Positions 9,418 to 20,026 of a DNA stretch of 32,000 bases are shown here, piece by piece (positions within the stretch are counted from its first letter, which is position 1; every line of letters begins with the position of its first letter). The notes under the pieces were generated by a model that did not search any database, had not been told where the DNA came from, and worked only from the letters and a program-made list of their open reading frames with translations. A program made the position numbers and the translations under genes. Location of the stretch: the NCBI GenBank assembly GCA_965224465.1, contig OZ245049.1, forward strand, positions 3,870,001 through 3,902,000. The letters are read 5' to 3'. The stretch is from Flavobacteriaceae bacterium. GTDB taxonomy: Bacteria; Bacteroidota; Bacteroidia; Flavobacteriales; Flavobacteriaceae.

Positions 9418-9726
9418 ATGAGTTTTTTCGGATTATTTGGAGGTGGAGATAAAGACCAAATTGAAGTGTATTTAAAAGAGGGTGCAGTGATCATAGATGT
9501 GAGAACAGTCGCAGAATTTAACGATGGTCATGTAGCAGGCTCTAAAAATATTGTATTGGATACCATTCCAACAAAAATTGCAGAAATTAAAGCAATGAAT
9601 AAAAAAGTAGTTGCTTGTTGTAAAAGTGGAGGTCGTAGTGGACAAGCTACAGATTTTTTAAAGCAACATGGTGTTGACTGTATCAACGGTGGCCCCTGGC
9701 AGAATGTAAATAAATTTGTGAAGTAA
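9418..9726 (+). CDS. Rhodanese-domain sulfurtransferase
   Basis: 102-aa ORF with the active-site loop CKSGGRSGQA (CxxGxR) and IDVRT..EF..GH. Confidence 0.9.
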   Translation: MSFFGLFGGGDKDQIEVYLKEGAVIIDVRTVAEFNDGHVAGSKNIVLDTIPTKIAEIKAMNKKVVACCKSGGRSGQATDFLKQHGVDCINGGPWQNVNKFVK

Positions 9727-9745
9727 ATTCATTAAATTATAAGAT

Positions 9746-9774
9746 AAAAAGGAAGCTATTGGCTTCCTTTTTTT
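9746..9774 (+). terminator. Rho-independent terminator
   Basis: Hairpin ggaagc-tattg-gcttcc preceded by aaaaa and followed by a 7-nt T-run. Confidence 0.8.
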
Positions 9775-9779
9775 ATGCG

Positions 9780-9857
9780 TTTTAAGTGCTGTTTTTTAAC
9801 AATGCTAGAACGTGAAATAACCTATTTATACCGATTATTTTGGATTGTAAATGGTAT
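9780..9857 (+). repeat. Intergenic hairpin repeat, medium/partial form
   Basis: ttaagtgctgttttttaacaatgctagaacgtgaaataacctatttataccgattattttggattgtaaatggtat. The left arm is degenerate. The truncated central module and the right arm are intact. Confidence 0.75.
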
Positions 9858-9955
9858 ATGATATCTGTTCTTTAGTGTTTTGTTAAAGCGTTTGGTTTTT
9901 GGTGAAATGGCATCGGTATTTACGAAAATACATTTTTTTAACATTTTTAATGCAT

Positions 9956-10900
9956 CTAAAATTTAATGTTGTAGCGTGATTTTAATGCTGAAATCTTTTG
10001 TTCAAGTGACGTTGTAAATTGTTGATGTTGTTTAGAGTCAGGATTAAAGGGTCTGTGATTTAATCCTTTTTGGATTGTTGCTACCTCTTTTTGAATGCTT
10101 GCTGTTTTTGGATGTATCCAAACGTGGGAAAACTGTTCCCAAATATATTGAATTGCAGTATTGCTAGGATGGAGCATATCGGAAGTGTAAAATCTATAAT
10201 CACGTAAATCGTCCATCATAATTTCAAAAGAGGGGAAGTAGTGTATGTTATTTTTTTCTGATATTAAGGAGTGAATCCCCGCTATTAAATGTGCCTTACT
10301 TCGTGAGTTTTCTACAAATCCATCCTTTAAATGTCGAATGGGACTCACGGTGAAAATAATTTCTATGTTTGGGTTGATATCCTTTGTCAAGGATGTAATT
10401 GCATGTAAGGATGCAGAAATTTCATCAACAGTCAATAATTCTTTTATAAATTGTTTCTGAGGTATTTTGTGACAGTTACCAACAATTTGATCCTTGGCGA
10501 TATAACGATATACCCAAGCAGTACCAAGTGTAATAATAAGGTGGCTCGCTTTTTCTAAAGCAATTTTAGTGGTTTTTATTTGATGATTTAAAGTACTTAA
10601 TAATTGACGTAGGTCTACAGAACTCAAATCCGAATGTGCATCAAAACTATGCCATCGCTCGTTGGAGAAAAACACGTCATTCTCGGTATATACTTTTTGA
10701 TGAATACTGTTTGTAATGATGGTTTCTAGCGCCTTTGGATTGAATAAAATTCCAAAAGGATTGCTTTGAGTATTGAATTTAAAGTAGGTGAGTTTTTTAC
10801 TGATGTTTTCCGTAAAACAAGATCCAAATAAGAGGATGTTCGATTGGTAATCTATTTGATTCGTATTCGGTATACCTGTTATTTGGGTTCTGAATTCCAT
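9956..10900 (-). CDS. GSCFA-domain protein
   Basis: 314-aa ORF whose N-terminal LLFGSCFTENI contains the eponymous GSCFA-family motif. I recall this gene being commonly adjacent to alaS in Bacteroidota. Confidence 0.85.
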   Translation of the reverse strand: MEFRTQITGIPNTNQIDYQSNILLFGSCFTENISKKLTYFKFNTQSNPFGILFNPKALETIITNSIHQKVYTENDVFFSNERWHSFDAHSDLSSVDLRQLLSTLNHQIKTTKIALEKASHLIITLGTAWVYRYIAKDQIVGNCHKIPQKQFIKELLTVDEISASLHAITSLTKDINPNIEIIFTVSPIRHLKDGFVENSRSKAHLIAGIHSLISEKNNIHYFPSFEIMMDDLRDYRFYTSDMLHPSNTAIQYIWEQFSHVWIHPKTASIQKEVATIQKGLNHRPFNPDSKQHQQFTTSLEQKISALKSRYNIKF

Positions 10901-11047
10901 GGAATTGTTTTTTATGTACTTATTGCGAGGCTATGCCGAAGCAATTTGACTTGTTTGATGCAATTCTGAACGCCATCCTCATCTATTCTGGGCAGCGTTC
11001 TTTGCAATAATTCGATTTGTCTCGCAATGTCAAAGTCTTGTGTCTCA

Positions 11048-13672
11048 CTATTCACTAAGATACTCAATTGCTTTTTCCAATGCAGCAGGGATCCCAGCAG
11101 GATTTTTACCGCCAGCAGTAGCAAAGAAAGGTTGGCCACCGCCGCCTCCATGAATCAGTTTTCCGAGTTCTCGAACTACGGTTCCAGCGTGTATATCGCT
11201 TGATTTTGCTAATGCCTTAGAAACAAAACAAGTCAACATTGCTTTTCCGTCTTTTTCAGTCGCGGCTAAGAAAAATAAATTATCTACTTCGCTTCCTATT
11301 TCAAACAGTAAATCTTTAATATTACTTTGGTCTAGATCAAGTTTTTTAGCGATAAAATTGATGCCATTTACGGTTTTAATTTCTTGAATTAAAGTGCCTT
11401 TTAAATGGGTTGCTTTTTGTTTTAATAAGCTTTCTACTTGTTTTTTAAGTGTGGAGTTTTCCTCTTGTAATGATTTCACATTTTTGATTGGAGCATCATT
11501 GTTTTTGAACAGGTCTTTAATTTCCACATAATCTCTTGTGTTATTAAAGAAGAACGTTTTACTAGCTTCGGCAGTAATGGCTTCGATACGTCTAATTCCA
11601 GCAGCAACACCCCCTTCTGAAGTGATTTTAAAATGCCAAATGTCACTGGTGTTTTGTACGTGGATACCTCCACATAATTCCATGGATTGACCAAAGCGGA
11701 TGGCGCGTACTTGATCGCCGTATTTTTCGCCAAATAACATGATAGCGCCTTCTTTTTTTGCGTCTTCTATAGGGATATTTCTAAATTCTTCTAGGGGTAG
11801 TTTCCCTGTAATACGTGCATTTACAAAATCTTCAATTTCTAAAATTTCGGTATTGGTCAATTTGGCAAAGTGAGAAAAATCAAAACGTAAGTTTTTGGCA
11901 TTTACAGAAGAACCTTTTTGTTCGATATGTTCTCCTAAAATGGTTCTTAAAGCTTGGTGTAATAAATGCGTTGCCGTATGATTACAAGCACTTAAAAAAC
12001 GTTGATTTTTATCTACAACTACATGTAGCTTTTCTGTAATCGTATTTGGTAGGTGTTTTGTGAAATGTATGATGAGGTTGTTTTCCTTTTTCGTGTCAAT
12101 AATGTAAATAACATCACTATTAGGAATCTCTATATATCCTTTACTTCCTGCTTGTCCACCTCCTTCTGGGTAAAAGGGCGTTTTATCAAACACAAGTTGG
12201 TACATGTCGCCTGCTTTTTTAGTGGAAATTCTTCTGTATCGGAGTACTTTTACATCTGCTTTTGTAGTGTCATACCCAATAAATTCAGCATCTAAAGTAT
12301 CATCTAGAATCACCCAGTCATCAGTTTCTATGGTAGAAGCTGCTCTAGAGCGTGTTTTTTGTTTTTGAAGTTCTTCATTAAACGTTTTTTCATCCAAGGA
12401 CAATCCTTTTTCAGAAAGAATTAAAGCGGTTAAATCTATTGGGAAACCGTAGGTGTCGAACAATTCAAAAGCTTTTTTTCCAGAAACTTCGTTGCCCTTA
12501 GTGCCGTCAATAATTTTGTCTAATAAAATAAGTCCTTGCCCTAATGTACGTAAAAAAGAGGCTTCTTCTTCTTTTATTACATTGGTTACTAGTTGTTTTT
12601 GAGTGACTATTTCTGGGAATGTTTCTCCCATTTGATGGCTCAATACTTCAACCAATCTGTAAATAAATGGTTCTTTTTGATTCAGAAATGTAAAACCATA
12701 ACGGACAGCACGTCTTAAGATACGACGGATTACATATCCAGCTCCTGTATTAGAAGGTAGCTGACCATCGGCAATAGCAAAAGCCACGGCGCGCACGTGA
12801 TCCGAAATAACGCGGATAGCAATGTCAGATTTTTCACTGTCCTCTCCCTGTTCATAAACCGTATTTGTAATGGTTTCTACTTCTCTTATTAAAGGGCTGA
12901 AAACATCGGTATCGTAGTTGGATTGTACCTTTTGCATTACCATGCATAAACGTTCAAATCCCATTCCTGTATCTACGTGTTGTGCAGGTAAATCTTCGAG
13001 ACTTCCGTTTGCTTTTCTGTTAAATTGCATAAATACCAAGTTCCAGATTTCAACCACTTGTGGGTGGTCCATATTTACTAGTTCACGACCAGGTACTTGT
13101 GCTTTTTCTGCTGCAGAACGTATGTCAACATGTATTTCAGAACAAGGGCCACAAGGTCCCTGAGCACCCATTTCCCAAAAGTTGTCTTTTTTGTTTCCTA
13201 AAATTATTTGATTTTCTGGAACAATGTTTTTCCATAAGTCATACGCCTCTTGGTCAAAAGCTAGATTTTCGTCTTTGGCTCCTTCAAAAACAGAAACGTA
13301 TAAGCAGCTTTTATCTATTTCTAAGACATCTGTCAAAAATTCCCACGCCCATTCGATGGCTTCTTTTTTGAAGTAATCACCAAAACTCCAGTTTCCTAAC
13401 ATTTCGAACATAGTATGGTGGTAAGTATCCATACCTACCTCTTCTAAATCGTTGTGTTTTCCAGAAACTCGCAAACATTTTTGAGTATCAGATACACGTT
13501 TGATTTCGATTTTTCGTTGCCCTAAAAAGAATTCTTTGAACTGATTCATTCCTGCATTGGTAAACATCAATGTAGGATCATCTTTTATAACTATTGGAGC
13601 AGAGGATACTAACGTATGTTGTTTTGACTTAAAAAAATCTAAAAATTGCTTTCTTACTTCTTGTGATTTCAT
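11048..13672 (-). CDS. alaS: Alanine--tRNA ligase
   Basis: 874-aa ORF with class II AlaRS motifs: [28 protein letters not shown]. The editing domain shows [12 protein letters not shown] and CGGIHV, and the C-terminal DHHA1 region shows GGGGGQP. Confidence 0.98.
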   Translation of the reverse strand: MKSQEVRKQFLDFFKSKQHTLVSSAPIVIKDDPTLMFTNAGMNQFKEFFLGQRKIEIKRVSDTQKCLRVSGKHNDLEEVGMDTYHHTMFEMLGNWSFGDYFKKEAIEWAWEFLTDVLEIDKSCLYVSVFEGAKDENLAFDQEAYDLWKNIVPENQIILGNKKDNFWEMGAQGPCGPCSEIHVDIRSAAEKAQVPGRELVNMDHPQVVEIWNLVFMQFNRKANGSLEDLPAQHVDTGMGFERLCMVMQKVQSNYDTDVFSPLIREVETITNTVYEQGEDSEKSDIAIRVISDHVRAVAFAIADGQLPSNTGAGYVIRRILRRAVRYGFTFLNQKEPFIYRLVEVLSHQMGETFPEIVTQKQLVTNVIKEEEASFLRTLGQGLILLDKIIDGTKGNEVSGKKAFELFDTYGFPIDLTALILSEKGLSLDEKTFNEELQKQKTRSRAASTIETDDWVILDDTLDAEFIGYDTTKADVKVLRYRRISTKKAGDMYQLVFDKTPFYPEGGGQAGSKGYIEIPNSDVIYIIDTKKENNLIIHFTKHLPNTITEKLHVVVDKNQRFLSACNHTATHLLHQALRTILGEHIEQKGSSVNAKNLRFDFSHFAKLTNTEILEIEDFVNARITGKLPLEEFRNIPIEDAKKEGAIMLFGEKYGDQVRAIRFGQSMELCGGIHVQNTSDIWHFKITSEGGVAAGIRRIEAITAEASKTFFFNNTRDYVEIKDLFKNNDAPIKNVKSLQEENSTLKKQVESLLKQKATHLKGTLIQEIKTVNGINFIAKKLDLDQSNIKDLLFEIGSEVDNLFFLAATEKDGKAMLTCFVSKALAKSSDIHAGTVVRELGKLIHGGGGGQPFFATAGGKNPAGIPAALEKAIEYLSE

Positions 13673-13927
13673 AAATGATATTCATTATTCCTACTTTTTA
13701 GGTAGGTTTCGGAACATATCCGAGTGTTACTGTGTTGATGCTATTGTTTATCTTGTCAGATTAAGGATGTGAAGCCCTAATGTCATATGAAATAAACGTT
13801 AATTTCCTATTAAAAAACAAAAGCGAATGTTCGGTTCTAAAACATTTTGTATTTTTGTATTTAATGATCAAAGCAATATTAAATTAAATGACTACTTTTA
13901 ATATGCGAAAATAATATAAATTATACA

Positions 13928-14899
13928 ATGGCAAAAGTAAAATATTATTATGACTCTGAAACCTTATCTTATCGAAAAATAAAGGATAAAAAGAGACACA
14001 AGTTTGCGAGATTAGGATTGACTATTGTTACAGCTGGTATTTTTATGGTACTTGGTTTTGTTGTGCTTACCCCTGTTTTTGAGTCGCCTAACGAAAAGAA
14101 ATTGAAACGAGAATTGGAATATGTAAAACTCAATGAAGAATTACATGGAAAAAAACTGGTTCAATTAGAAAAAGTTTTAGAAGATTTACAAGTAAGAGAT
14201 AACAATATTTACCGTGTTTATTTTGAATTGAATCCTATTTCAAATGATAAAAAGGCAGCAGGGTTTGGAGGAGTGAATCGGTATAAATCATTGGAAGGAT
14301 TTGATAATTCTGAAATGATAATTGGAGTTTCTAAGAACATGGATATTTTGGCAAAACAATTGTACATGCAGTCAAAATCCTTAGATGAAATTGTTAGTTT
14401 GGCAGAGAAAAAAGAAGAGTTATTAGCCGCTATGCCAGCAATCCAACCTGTTAGGAAAGAAAATTTGACACGCATGGCTTCTGGGTACGGATGGCGTTCT
14501 GACCCGTTTACAAAGGCTCGGAAAATGCATAAAGGAATGGATTTTACAGCTCCTAGAGGTACTCCTGTGTATGCCTCTGGTGATGGGGTAGTTGTGAGAG
14601 CTGATAATAATTCTAGTGGATATGGAAAACACATTCGTATAAATCACGGATTTGGCTATTTATCCTTGTACGCGCATTTAAGTAAATACAATACAGTAAA
14701 AGGAAAGCGTGTGAAACGTGGTGATTTAATCGGGTTTGTAGGGAATACAGGACGGTCTCAAGCACCTCATTTACATTATGAAGTACATAAAAATGGAAAG
14801 GCAATTAATCCTATCAATTTTTATTCAGGTAATTTAACTCCCGAAGAATTTGTGGCCATGCAAAAAGCAGCACAAATAGAAGGACAATCTTTAGACTAA
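13928..14899 (+). CDS. M23-family metallopeptidase
   Basis: 323-aa ORF with an N-terminal TM helix, a coiled-coil region, and LytM-type motifs HKGMDF, GYG..I.I.H and HLHYEV. Confidence 0.92.
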   Translation: MAKVKYYYDSETLSYRKIKDKKRHKFARLGLTIVTAGIFMVLGFVVLTPVFESPNEKKLKRELEYVKLNEELHGKKLVQLEKVLEDLQVRDNNIYRVYFELNPISNDKKAAGFGGVNRYKSLEGFDNSEMIIGVSKNMDILAKQLYMQSKSLDEIVSLAEKKEELLAAMPAIQPVRKENLTRMASGYGWRSDPFTKARKMHKGMDFTAPRGTPVYASGDGVVVRADNNSSGYGKHIRINHGFGYLSLYAHLSKYNTVKGKRVKRGDLIGFVGNTGRSQAPHLHYEVHKNGKAINPINFYSGNLTPEEFVAMQKAAQIEGQSLD

Positions 14900-15231
14900 T
14901 GCTGATAGACCTTCCAGAAAAACGCTATTATAAAATAGGAGAAGTAGCAAAGGCTTTTAATGTAAACACTTCCTTGATTCGCTTTTGGGAAAAAGAGTTT
15001 GATGCTTTAAAACCTAAAAAAAATGCCAAAGGAAATCGTTTATTTACGAAGGATGATGTTAAAAATCTAGAATTGATTTATAATTTAGTAAAAGAGAGAG
15101 GCTTTACCTTGGAAGGTGCAAAAAATAAGTTAAAAAAACAACCTAATAAAACGGTGCACAACCATGAAATAGTTTTGAGATTGGAAAAAATTAAAGCAGA
15201 ATTGATAACCATAAAAAATCAATTGTCTTAG
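14899..15231 (+). CDS. MerR-family transcriptional regulator
   Basis: 110-aa ORF with the HTH YYKIGEVAKAFNVNTSLIRFWEKEF. Its start overlaps the M23 stop (TAATG), which suggests coupling. Confidence 0.88.
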   Translation: MLIDLPEKRYYKIGEVAKAFNVNTSLIRFWEKEFDALKPKKNAKGNRLFTKDDVKNLELIYNLVKERGFTLEGAKNKLKKQPNKTVHNHEIVLRLEKIKAELITIKNQLS

Positions 15232-15305
15232 GATTTCTTAGGGAAGATGTAACTACTTTCGTTTTTTTGGGTCTTATAAAATAAATCAATTAAAATAAAA
15301 TAATT

Positions 15306-15896
15306 ATGAAAAAGTTTTTGATTGCCATCGTTGTTCTTCTAGGGATAGGTTTTTTTGCATTTAAAATGCTGTCAGGATTTTATAATAAAGCAAATGAGTT
15401 TCAAAAAAATGCACAAACTTCTTGGTCGAATGTAGAAAGTTCATATCAGCGTAGAGCAGATTTAATACCAAATTTAGTAAGTGTAGTTAAAGGGTATGCG
15501 GCTCATGAAAAAGAAACCTTGGAAGGGGTCATAAAAGCGCGCTCTGAAGCAACTAAAACAACCATTGATGCCTCTAATTTAACACCAGAAAAAATGGCTC
15601 AATTTCAAAAAGCCCAACAAGGTTTGAGCAGTGCATTATCTCGATTATTGGTTACCGTAGAAAGATACCCTGATCTAAAAGCAAACAAAAACTTTTTGGA
15701 ATTACAATCTCAATTGGAAGGAACTGAAAATAGAATTAACGTAGAACGAAATAGGTTTAATAATGTTGCAAATATTTACAATAAGCATATTTCTTCATTC
15801 GTAAATAGATTTTTGGCAAGTTATTACGATTTTAAAGAAATGGCATTGTTTAAAGCGGATGAAGGAAGTAAAAATGCTCCAAAAATATCGTTTTAG
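15306..15896 (+). CDS. LemA-family protein
   Basis: 196-aa ORF with an N-terminal TM helix and the LemA hallmarks YQRRADLIPNLV, VERYPDLKAN and LEGTENRI. Confidence 0.92.
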   Translation: MKKFLIAIVVLLGIGFFAFKMLSGFYNKANEFQKNAQTSWSNVESSYQRRADLIPNLVSVVKGYAAHEKETLEGVIKARSEATKTTIDASNLTPEKMAQFQKAQQGLSSALSRLLVTVERYPDLKANKNFLELQSQLEGTENRINVERNRFNNVANIYNKHISSFVNRFLASYYDFKEMALFKADEGSKNAPKISF

Positions 15897-15897
15897 A

Positions 15898-16335
15898 ATG
15901 TCTAAACTAGAAGATTTCTTAAGCCCAAAAGAGGAACAGCTAATTATACAAAGCATTCAGAAAGCAGAGAAGAATACCTCTGGAGAAATAAGAGTCCATA
16001 TAGAAGAAACATGTAAAAACCTTCCGATTCAAAGGGCTCAAGAGGTGTTTTGTAAGCTTAGAATGGATGCTACTAAAAATCATAATGGAGTCTTGTTTTA
16101 TGTTGCTGTGGCAAGTAAAAAGTTTGCTGTAATTGGAGATAAAGGCATTGATAAAGTAGTTCCTAACGATTTTTGGGAATCGGTCAAAGATCCCCTGATA
16201 GCCGCGTTTAAACAAGGGGAGTATTTACAAGGAATTGTAAATGGAATAGAGGAATGTGGACTTAAATTAAAAACTTTTTTCCCTCACCAATCAAATGATA
16301 AAAATGAATTGCCTGATGAAATTTCGAAAGGATAG
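15898..16335 (+). CDS. TPM-domain protein
   Basis: The track ORF starts at 15859 and overlaps LemA. The ATG at 15898, 2 nt after the LemA stop, gives MSKLEDFLS... It has the typical TPM pattern EIRVHIE and VLFYVAVASKKFAVIGDKGI. Confidence 0.85.
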   Translation: MSKLEDFLSPKEEQLIIQSIQKAEKNTSGEIRVHIEETCKNLPIQRAQEVFCKLRMDATKNHNGVLFYVAVASKKFAVIGDKGIDKVVPNDFWESVKDPLIAAFKQGEYLQGIVNGIEECGLKLKTFFPHQSNDKNELPDEISKG

Positions 16336-17113
16336 TTGTTTAATAGTGCTTTCTTTTTTACTGCTTTTTACAAGTGCTATTTATGCACAAAATATACCCG
16401 AAAAACCTCGGTTTATTCCTGCGCTTATAGATAGTACAGGGACCTTAACTGCTGCTCAAAAAGTCAAGTTAGCGCTTAAATTAGAGCACTATAGCGATAC
16501 TACTTCTACACAAATGTTTTTGATGATTTTACCGTCTACCTATGGTGAAAATATTAATTTTTATGCTGCTGAGTTAGGGGATAAATGGGAGATAGGTCTT
16601 GGTGGAAAAGATAATGGAATACTTGTTTTAGTGGCTATAAACGATCGTAAAATCGCCATTTCTACTGGCTATGGCGTGGAGCATTTATTGACCGACGCCC
16701 TATCTCGTAGGATTATTGAAAATTCAATGTTACCTGAGTTTAAACAAGGTCGTTATTATGTGGGATTGGACAAAGGAATCGACGCTATTATTGAAGTGTT
16801 ACAAGGTGCTTATCAGGCAGATTCTGAAGAGGAAGTAAGTACTAAGTTTCCTGTCCAGTTACTTTTGATTGTCGGTTTTATCATTCTATTTATCCTTTTG
16901 GTGAAGAGAAATAAAAAAGGAGGTGGTGGCAATCATCGTACGAATCGCAAAGATTCCACAACTAGTTTGTTAGATGCAATTCTGTTAAGCGGAATGGGAC
17001 GTAGTAGTGGTGGTGCTTTTGGCAGCGGTGGTTTTGGTGGGAGTTCTGGAGGTTTCGGTGGTTTCGGTGGAGGCGGAGGCTTTGGAGGCGGAGGAGCTAG
17101 TGGAGGCTGGTAA
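16316..17113 (+). CDS. TPM-domain membrane protein (YgcG-like) with Gly-rich tail
   Basis: Signal peptide MKFRKDSCLIVLSFLLLFTSAIYA (alternative starts at 16295/16304). It also has a TPM core (NGILVLVAINDRKIAISTGYGVE), a TM helix, and the tail GGFGGSSGGFGGFGGGGGFGGGGASGGW. Confidence 0.85.
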   Translation: MKFRKDSCLIVLSFLLLFTSAIYAQNIPEKPRFIPALIDSTGTLTAAQKVKLALKLEHYSDTTSTQMFLMILPSTYGENINFYAAELGDKWEIGLGGKDNGILVLVAINDRKIAISTGYGVEHLLTDALSRRIIENSMLPEFKQGRYYVGLDKGIDAIIEVLQGAYQADSEEEVSTKFPVQLLLIVGFIILFILLVKRNKKGGGGNHRTNRKDSTTSLLDAILLSGMGRSSGGAFGSGGFGGSSGGFGGFGGGGGFGGGGASGGW

Positions 17114-17166
17114 CTTCTTTTTAAGAATGTAATTTATGCGGAGGTGTTGGAGTGGTTGGTAGAGAG

Positions 17167-17239
17167 CACTATGCGACTCAAGTGAAAGAAGCTTTGTGTA
17201 TAAACTATTTAAGCGGTCATTTCGAATTGTAATTGGTGT
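17167..17239 (+). repeat. Degenerate short-form copy of the intergenic hairpin repeat
   Basis: cactatgcgactcaagtgaaag...aactatttaagcggtcatttcgaattgtaattggtgt aligns by eye to both arms of the family consensus with many substitutions. Confidence 0.4.
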
Positions 17240-17397
17240 AAAACCTAGCTCCATGCTCAACTTTATTTTTTCAGGAGTGCTTCTCTCTTTTTTAATCTTT
17301 ATACAAACGTGTTTTCTGCATTTTCTAACATGATAAATAACAGTGTTCTTGGTAGAAATAACACTTAATTTTAAGTTTAATTTTTAGCACATAACAA

Positions 17398-17946
17398 ATG
17401 TTAGACTCGTATATAGAATTTGTAAAATCATACCCGTTAATCAGTGCTATGTTACAGTTTTCTGTCCTTGGAACGGTTGGGGATTTAATAGCGAAATGCC
17501 TTCAGAAAGAGGTGTTTTTTATGCCGTATTCTATGCGTATCTTATTGTTAAAAATGTTAGAATGGGCATTGTTAGCGCTATGTATTAAGTATGCTTTTGT
17601 CGGTTTTCAGGGATTTGTAGATGGGTTATTACTGCATGGAATGATTCCTGATTTGGGTGTTTTTGGACGTGCATTTGCTGTTTCTTTGTGTATGAATTTA
17701 CAATTTGGATTGCTATTGGTGATTTTACATCGGTATTTAGACAACCTTATAGCAAGAGAAAATAACTGGGGTAATTTAGATAAAGGAATGAAATCTTTAG
17801 TCTGGTTTTGGATTCCTGCACATACCATCACTTTTATGCTAGACAAGCCATATCAAATTGGCTTAGCAGCATTATGGTCTGTGGTTTTGGGTGTTATTTT
17901 GGGCTATTATAATAGATCAAGTACAAGCAAATGCATTTCCAAGTGA
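17398..17946 (+). CDS. Hypothetical multi-pass membrane protein
   Basis: 182-aa ORF with about 5 hydrophobic helices and no motif I recognise. The last ~7 codons and the stop lie inside a repeat copy. Confidence 0.6.
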   Translation: MLDSYIEFVKSYPLISAMLQFSVLGTVGDLIAKCLQKEVFFMPYSMRILLLKMLEWALLALCIKYAFVGFQGFVDGLLLHGMIPDLGVFGRAFAVSLCMNLQFGLLLVILHRYLDNLIARENNWGNLDKGMKSLVWFWIPAHTITFMLDKPYQIGLAALWSVVLGVILGYYNRSSTSKCISK

Positions 17947-18033
17947 CGGTTTAGAAATGGAATTATTTTTTGTTTTAACAATGCTAGAACGTAACCCAAA
18001 CTATTTATATCGGTTATTTTGGATTGTAATTGA
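17925..18033 (+). repeat. Intergenic hairpin repeat, medium form (~105 bp)
   Basis: ...atgcatttccaagtgacggtttagaaatggaattattttttgttttaacaatgctagaacgtaacccaaactatttatatcggttattttggattgtaattg. Track ORF 17891..18079 lies within it and is discounted. Confidence 0.8.
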
Positions 18034-18372
18034 ATTATTAGGGGATGCAAGAGTTTTTATCCTTGGAAAAAAGGAATAGTTAGCAATTTTTAGGTTTTTT
18101 CTTCTAGAGAATCCAACAACTGTCTGTACTCAATCTTATTTGTATTAGTTGTTTTTTTTAGTGCTATTAAGTGCTATGATGATCCGAGGTTAGGCTAAAG
18201 GATAGAGAATCATTCTTTTGGATGTATAGCAGGTGTATTTAGGATGGGTTTGTTGATTCAGAAAAACAGGATTCAGCTATTTTCTTTGTTTGTAAAGGTG
18301 TTTTTTAATAAAATTACAACATTTTATTGGGAGTTTTTTAAGAGTACGTCCCTTACATTTGTACTGTAATAC

Positions 18373-18443
18373 GAAATACATTTCCAAGTGACGGTTTAAA
18401 AAATAAACTATTTGTCTCTGTTATTTTGGATTGGAATTGGTAT
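18373..18443 (+). repeat. Intergenic hairpin repeat, short form
   Basis: gaaatacatttccaagtgacggtttaaaaaataaactatttgtctctgttattttggattggaattggtat. Confidence 0.8.
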
Positions 18444-18581
18444 AAATAGTGCTAAAGATACAGCACATGTAAAGTAAATAGAAAGTTGTATCAATGTGTT
18501 CTCAAGGGGATTTAAAATACCTAGATTATACAGAAAGCATATGTAACGAAATTAAGAATAGTTTGATTGTTTTTTAATGAG

Positions 18582-18625
18582 AAACACCCCTTGTACAACT
18601 GAATGGACAAGGGGTGTTTTATTTT
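18582..18625. terminator. Strong hairpin downstream of der
   Basis: Perfect 13-bp stem aaacaccccttgt / acaaggggtgttt with a 12-nt loop. The U-tract is much better on the plus strand (ttttattttt) than on the der (minus) strand. Confidence 0.6.
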
Positions 18626-18642
18626 TATAGAGTAGAATACTT

Positions 18643-19947
18643 CTATTTTTGTCTAAAGTAGATGGTGATAGGTACTCCGTGGAAATCGTATATTTCACGT
18701 AATTTATTCTCAATAAAACGTTTATAAGATTCGCTAATATACTGTGGTAAATTGGCGAAAAACACGAATTGTGGAGTAGGTGTAGGCAATTGCATACAGT
18801 ATTTTATTTTCACAAACTTACCTTTTAATGCTGGTGGTGGATAACTTTTAATTATCTCTAGCATGGTTTCGTTTAGTTTGCTTGTAGGAATACGTTTTTT
18901 ACGATTATTAAATACTTCTACAGCAGTTTCAATAGCTTTGAAAATACGTTGTTTTTCTAATACAGAAATAAATACGATGGGTACATCTGTAAATGGAGCA
19001 ATTTCTTTTCTTACCATTGCTTCAAAATCACGTAAGGTATTGGTTTCTTTTTCTATTAAATCCCATTTATTGACAAGGATTATAATACCTTTTTTGTTTT
19101 TTTGTGCCAGCCAGAAAATATTTTCATCTTGCCCTTCAAAACCTCTATCTGCATCTACTATTAAAATAGCAATATCACAGTATTCAATAGCTCTTACGGC
19201 ACGCATTACAGAATAGAATTCTAAATCTTCTTTTACCTTTGATTTTTTACGAATCCCAGCAGTGTCTACCAAGTTGAATTCAAAACCAAAACGGTTGTAT
19301 TTGGTATCAATACTATCACGTGTAGTTCCTGCAATGTCAGTAACAATATTACGTTCTTCACCAACTAAAGCATTGATAAAAGATGATTTTCCTGCGTTTG
19401 GACGTCCAACCACAGCAAATCTTGGTAATTCATTTTCGTCTGGGATAGCTTCTTCATCTAGCTCTTTTGCTAATGCGTCCAAAAGTTCTCCAGTTCCTCC
19501 TCCGTTGATAGATGATATGGTGTAGTATTCCCCCAATCCAAGGTTGTAAAATTCAACAGCATCATCATTACGCATAGAGTTGTCGACCTTGTTTACCGCC
19601 ATAAAAATTGGCTTTTTAGCCTTGCGGAGCAACTGTGCAACAACAGTATCCATAGGGGTAATTCCTTCCACTACATCTACTACAAAAATAATATAGTCAG
19701 CTTCTTCAATAGCTAATTGTACTTGTTTTCTGATTTCTGATTCAAAAATATCATCAGATCCAATGGCATATCCACCCGTATCAATCAATGAAAATTCTTT
19801 ACCGTTCCAATCACTTTTCCCGTAATGGCGGTCACGTGTAACTCCACTTGTCGAATCTACAATTGCCTCACGGCGTTGCACTAAGCGATTAAATAACGTC
19901 GATTTTCCTACATTAGGTCTCCCTACAATGGCTACAATATTACTCAT
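18643..19947 (-). CDS. der: Ribosome-biogenesis GTPase Der (EngA)
   Basis: 434-aa ORF with two tandem GTPase domains (GRPNVGKST...DTGG...NKVD and GRPNAGKSS...DTAG...NKWD) plus a KH-like C-terminus. Confidence 0.97.
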   Translation of the reverse strand: MSNIVAIVGRPNVGKSTLFNRLVQRREAIVDSTSGVTRDRHYGKSDWNGKEFSLIDTGGYAIGSDDIFESEIRKQVQLAIEEADYIIFVVDVVEGITPMDTVVAQLLRKAKKPIFMAVNKVDNSMRNDDAVEFYNLGLGEYYTISSINGGGTGELLDALAKELDEEAIPDENELPRFAVVGRPNAGKSSFINALVGEERNIVTDIAGTTRDSIDTKYNRFGFEFNLVDTAGIRKKSKVKEDLEFYSVMRAVRAIEYCDIAILIVDADRGFEGQDENIFWLAQKNKKGIIILVNKWDLIEKETNTLRDFEAMVRKEIAPFTDVPIVFISVLEKQRIFKAIETAVEVFNNRKKRIPTSKLNETMLEIIKSYPPPALKGKFVKIKYCMQLPTPTPQFVFFANLPQYISESYKRFIENKLREIYDFHGVPITIYFRQK

Positions 19948-19969
19948 TTTTTACTGTCTAATTTTTTTG

Positions 19970-19977
19970 CAAAGGTA
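19970..19977 (-). promoter_or_regulatory. -7 promoter box (TACCTTTG on minus strand) for der
   Basis: caaaggta on the plus strand, 23 nt upstream of the der start. Confidence 0.45.
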
Positions 19978-20026
19978 GTTTTTTTTGAATGATAACAATC
20001 ACTTTTTTTTCCTTGTTAATTAGGAC

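Noticed and set aside
10912-11151. 79-aa minus-strand ORF overlapping the alaS 3' end, possibly a small gene in the alaS-GSCFA gap
   Set aside because: Most of it overlaps alaS in another frame. The non-overlapping part has no ATG, only a possible GTG within the alaS stop region, and no recognisable motif, so the support is insufficient.
15306-17113. LemA / TPM / TPM three-gene cluster as a candidate novel system
   Set aside because: From memory this triad is widespread and conserved across bacteria, and its motifs here are canonical. The Gly-rich tail is a normal feature of YgcG-like proteins.
17139-17210. tRNA-Leu-like string gcggaggtgttggagtggttggtagagagc...gactcaagtg
   Set aside because: No anticodon stem, T arm or matching 3' acceptor strand can be folded. 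The downstream part aligns better as a degenerate copy of the hairpin repeat family.
16985-17260. 91-aa minus-strand ORF
   Set aside because: It is antisense to the low-complexity Gly-rich tail of the TPM protein (Ser/Thr/Ala-rich translation). It is a typical shadow ORF.
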